This document shows, piece by piece, positions 24,352 through 27,249 of a stretch of 27,249 bases of DNA; the stretch's first letter is position 1, and every line of letters starts with the position of its first letter. A model generated the notes under the pieces. It saw only the letters and a list, made by a program, of their open reading frames with translations. It was not told where the DNA came from and did no database searches. Location of the stretch: positions 1 to 27,249 of the forward strand of contig JBKJLC010000128.1 of NCBI GenBank assembly GCA_046597055.1, written 5' to 3'. The position numbers and the translations under genes are program-made. Origin of the DNA: Kofleriaceae bacterium. Its GTDB lineage: Bacteria > Myxococcota_A > Polyangia > Haliangiales > Haliangiaceae.

Positions 24352-25442
24352 TGTCGGCGCTCCACACCCGCATCTGCGATCTGTTCGGCATCCGCTATCC
24401 GATCATCCAGACCGGCATGGGCTGGGTGTCGGGCCCGATCCTCACCGCCGCGACCAGCGCGGCCGGCGGCATGGGCATCCTCGGCGCGGTCACCATGACC
24501 CTCCCCGAGATGGAGGCCGCGATCGCGACGGTCAAGGCCGCGACCGATCGCCCGTTCGGCGTCAACCTGCGCCCCGACCAGGCCGACCTCGACGCGCGCA
24601 TCGCGATCCTGGTGCGCGAGCGGGTCAAGCTCGCCAGCTTCGCCGGCCCACCCGGCAAGGACGTCATCACCCGGCTGCGCACCGCCGGCATCCTGACCAT
24701 GCCCACGGTCGGCGCCCGGCGCCATGCCGAGAAGATGGCCGGGCTCGGCGTCGACGCGATCATCGCCCAGGGTGGCGAGGGCGGCGGCCACACCGGCGAG
24801 GTGCCGACCTCGCTCTTGCTCCCCGACGTGTGCGACGCGGTCAAGATCCCGGTGCTCGGCGCGGGCGGCTTCCACGACGGCCGCGGGCTGATCGCGGCGC
24901 TCGCGTTCGGCGCCAGCGGCATCGCCATGGGCACCCGGTTCCTGCTCACCCGCGAGAGCACGGTGCCGGGCGCGGTGAAGGACATCTATCTCAAGACCAA
25001 CGTGATGGGCACGGTGGTCACCCGCCACATCGACGGCGCACCCCAGCGCGTGATCCGCACCAGCGTGATCGACGGGCTCGAGCGGGCCGGCTCGCTGCGC
25101 CGGCTCTGGCGCGCGCTCGGCAACGCGTTCCGCTTTCGCCGGGCCACCGGCGGCACCCGGCTCGGCCTCTTGCGCGAGGCGCGGGCGATGAAGCAGCGCC
25201 AGGAGCTGCCGCTGGCCCAGCTGCTGATGGCGGCCAACGCACCGATGATGACCCGCGCCACCATGGTCGAGGGTCGGCCCGACGTCGGCATCCTGCCGAC
25301 CGGCCAGGTGGTCGGCGTGGTCGACGAGCTGCCGACGGTCGCCGAGCTGATCGCGCGCATCGTCGCCGACGCCGAGGCCACCCTGGCCCGGCTCCACCCC
25401 GACGCGGCCGCGCCGGCGGCGCGCCAGAGCGGGGCGGCGTGA
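24351..25442 (+). CDS. ipdC: Nitronate monooxygenase/FabK-family flavoprotein, IpdC (Rv3553)-like
   Basis: YPIIQTGMGWV, TDRPFGVNLR, AQGGEGGGHTG, AGGFHDGRGL, AMGTRFLLT, LMAANAPM, GQVVG. TGATG overlap with ipdB. Confidence 0.88.
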   Translation: MSALHTRICDLFGIRYPIIQTGMGWVSGPILTAATSAAGGMGILGAVTMTLPEMEAAIATVKAATDRPFGVNLRPDQADLDARIAILVRERVKLASFAGPPGKDVITRLRTAGILTMPTVGARRHAEKMAGLGVDAIIAQGGEGGGHTGEVPTSLLLPDVCDAVKIPVLGAGGFHDGRGLIAALAFGASGIAMGTRFLLTRESTVPGAVKDIYLKTNVMGTVVTRHIDGAPQRVIRTSVIDGLERAGSLRRLWRALGNAFRFRRATGGTRLGLLREARAMKQRQELPLAQLLMAANAPMMTRATMVEGRPDVGILPTGQVVGVVDELPTVAELIARIVADAEATLARLHPDAAAPAARQSGAA

Positions 25443-26314
25443 CCGAGCCGACCGCACCCGCGCCCGCGCCCGAGCTCGAGACCGACCTCGTCCTCACCGA
25501 GCGCCGGGGTCCGGTCGCGATCGTGACGATCAACCGCCCGCGCTACCGCAACGCGCAGAACGCGGCGATGACCTTCGCGCTCGACGCCGCGTTTGGCGCG
25601 GCGGTTGCCGACGACGCGGTCCACGTCATCATCCTGGCCGGCGCCGGCGATCACTTCTCGGCCGGCCACGACATCGGCACGCCCGGCCGCGACATCCACC
25701 AGGACTTCGCCCGGGTCGCGACCCAGTGGTGGCCGCACCAGAACAAGGCCGGCGCCGAGGCGATGTTCGTGCGCGAGGCCGAGCTCTACCTCGGCATGTG
25801 CCGGCGCTGGCGTGAGCTGCCCAAGCCGACCATCGCGATGGTGCAGGGCGCCTGCGTCGCCGGCGGCCTGATGCTGGCGTGGGTGTGCGACCTCATCATC
25901 GCCGCCGATGACGCGTTCTTCGCCGATCCGGTCCTGCGCATGGGCATCCCTGGCGTCGAGTACTTCGCGCATCCGTTCGCGATGAACCCGCGGCTGGCCA
26001 AGGAGTTCCTGTTCCTCGGCGATCGGATGCCGGCCGAGCGCGCCGCGCAGATCGGGATGATCAACCGGGTGGTGCCGCGCGCGAGCCTGCTCGCCGACAC
26101 CCTCGCGATCGCCGACCGGATCGCGGCGATGCCGCGGTTCGGCCTGGCCCTGGCCAAGAAGGCGATCAACCAGGCCGAGGACCGTATGGGCCTGCGCGAC
26201 GTGATGGACGCGACCTACGCGCTCCATCATCTCGCCCACGCGCACAACACGCTGACGTCGCCGGATCACCTCGCCGGCCAGGACGCGAAGTCGATGGCCA
26301 AGGGGCTGAAGTAG
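25439..26314 (+). CDS. Enoyl-CoA hydratase, EchA13-like
   Basis: NRPRYRNAQN, HFSAGHDIGTPGRD, YLGMCRRWRELPKPTIAMVQGACVAGGLMLAWVCD, DPVLRMGIPGVEYFAHP. Confidence 0.85.
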   Translation: MTEPTAPAPAPELETDLVLTERRGPVAIVTINRPRYRNAQNAAMTFALDAAFGAAVADDAVHVIILAGAGDHFSAGHDIGTPGRDIHQDFARVATQWWPHQNKAGAEAMFVREAELYLGMCRRWRELPKPTIAMVQGACVAGGLMLAWVCDLIIAADDAFFADPVLRMGIPGVEYFAHPFAMNPRLAKEFLFLGDRMPAERAAQIGMINRVVPRASLLADTLAIADRIAAMPRFGLALAKKAINQAEDRMGLRDVMDATYALHHLAHAHNTLTSPDHLAGQDAKSMAKGLK

Positions 26315-27249
26315 TGGAGCTGAGCTACTCGGACGCCGAGGAGGCGTTCCGGGCCGAGGCGCGCGCCTGGCTCCGCGCCCACGTGCCGCGCGAGCTGCCG
26401 CCGTCGGGCAGCAAGGACGGCTTCGCCGCGCACGTCGCGTGGGAGCGCGAGCTCCACGCCGCCGGTTGGTCGGTGGTGGCCTGGCCACGCGCGTTCGGCG
26501 GCCGCGACGCCTCGATCATCGAGTGGCTGATCTTCGAGGAAGAGTACTACCTCGCCGGCGCGCCGCCCCGGGTCACCCAGAACGGGATCTTCCTGCTGGC
26601 GCCGTCGCTGTTCGAGTACGGCACCCCCGAGCAGCAGCAGCGCATCCTGCCGGCGATGGCCGCCGCCGACGTGCTGTGGGCCCAGGGCTGGTCCGAGCCC
26701 GGCGCCGGATCGGATCTCGCGGCGGTGACCAGCACGGCGGTGCGCGTCAACGGTGGCTGGCGCCTGCACGGGCAGAAGACCTGGAGCACGCGGGCGTCGT
26801 TCTGCCACGCGATGCACGGGCTGTTCAGGACCGATCCGTCGGCGCCGCGGCACAAGGGCCTCACGTACTTCCTGGTGCCGCTCGATGCGCCGGGCGTGCG
26901 GGTGAATGGCTTCCGGCGGCTCGACGGCGATGAGGACTTCGCCGAGATCTTCTTCGACGACGTGTTCGTCGCCGATCACGACGTGGTCGGCCCGGTCAAC
27001 CAGGGCTGGAAGGTCGCGATGTCGACCACCGGGTCGGAGCGCGGGCTGACGCTGCGCAGCCCGGGCCGGTTCCTGGCGTCGGCGGGCCGGCTGGTCGAGC
27101 TGTACCGGCGGGTGCGGGCGCCCTCAGGATCTCGCACATCTTTCCCGGTGGCCCTGAGCCAGGGCGAGCGCAAGCGAGCCCGCCGTCGAAGGGCAGTCCG
27201 TCGAAGATCACGTGCGGCACCTTGGCGCTCTGCCCTTCGACACGGCGCC
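26314..27249 (+). CDS. fadE31: Acyl-CoA dehydrogenase, FadE31-like (partial; homology appears to stop near 27120; frame stays open to window end)
   Basis: Manual translation from GTG 26314: ...EWLIFEEEYYLAGAPPRVTQNGIFLLAPSL...WAQGWSEPGAGSDLA...GQKTWSTRA...HKGLTYF...AMSTTGSERGLTLRSPGRFLASAGRLVELYRR. Absent from the ORF track because it has no stop in the window. Confidence 0.85.
   Translation, partial: MELSYSDAEEAFRAEARAWLRAHVPRELPPSGSKDGFAAHVAWERELHAAGWSVVAWPRAFGGRDASIIEWLIFEEEYYLAGAPPRVTQNGIFLLAPSLFEYGTPEQQQRILPAMAAADVLWAQGWSEPGAGSDLAAVTSTAVRVNGGWRLHGQKTWSTRASFCHAMHGLFRTDPSAPRHKGLTYFLVPLDAPGVRVNGFRRLDGDEDFAEIFFDDVFVADHDVVGPVNQGWKVAMSTTGSERGLTLRSPGRFLASAGRLVELYRRVRAPSGSRTSFPVALSQGERKRARRRRAVRRRSRAAPWRSALRHGA
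27145..27249. repeat. Second copy of the palindromic repeat family, inside the fadE31 frame
   Basis: CCGGTGGCCCTGAGC resembles CCGGTTCGCCCTGAGC at 22596. TCGAAGGGCAG pairs with CTGCCCTTCGA. Truncated by the window end. Confidence 0.75.

Overview
High-GC (roughly 70% or more, estimated by eye) bacterial window. Cys-rich FG-GAP lipoproteins with acidic linkers and a RAYT-type transposase suggest a Myxococcota-like host, which is inference only. It holds a steroid-catabolism gene cluster resembling the Mycobacterium tuberculosis cholesterol locus. Side-chain genes: tandem-DUF35 protein, ltp4, ltp3 and a fadE26/fadE27-like pair. A KshA/Neverland-family Rieske oxygenase. C/D-ring (HIP) genes: ipdF, Rv3549c-like SDR, echA20, ipdA, ipdB, ipdC, a second crotonase and fadE31. 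Translationally coupled into these operons is the core coenzyme F420 biosynthesis set (cofC, cofD, cofE, separate cofG and cofH), an NADPH:F420 reductase (npdG) and an Rv3520c-type F420-dependent LLM oxidoreductase. Four copies of an AT-rich 14-bp palindrome, T(A/G)(G/A)AACATGTT(C/T)(T/C)A, match the KstR operator TnnAACnnGTTnnA. Three lie in the three divergent promoter regions and one lies inside an acyltransferase gene. The best candidate for a new system is a single KstR-like regulon coupling steroid degradation to on-demand F420 synthesis. Accessory material: a GNAT acetyltransferase, a RAYT transposase with REP-like hairpins, a hexamer tandem repeat, a tandem-duplicated FG-GAP lipoprotein pair, and a palindromic repeat family with one copy entering fadE31 in frame at the window end. 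Orthology calls come from recalled motifs and synteny, not from database searches.
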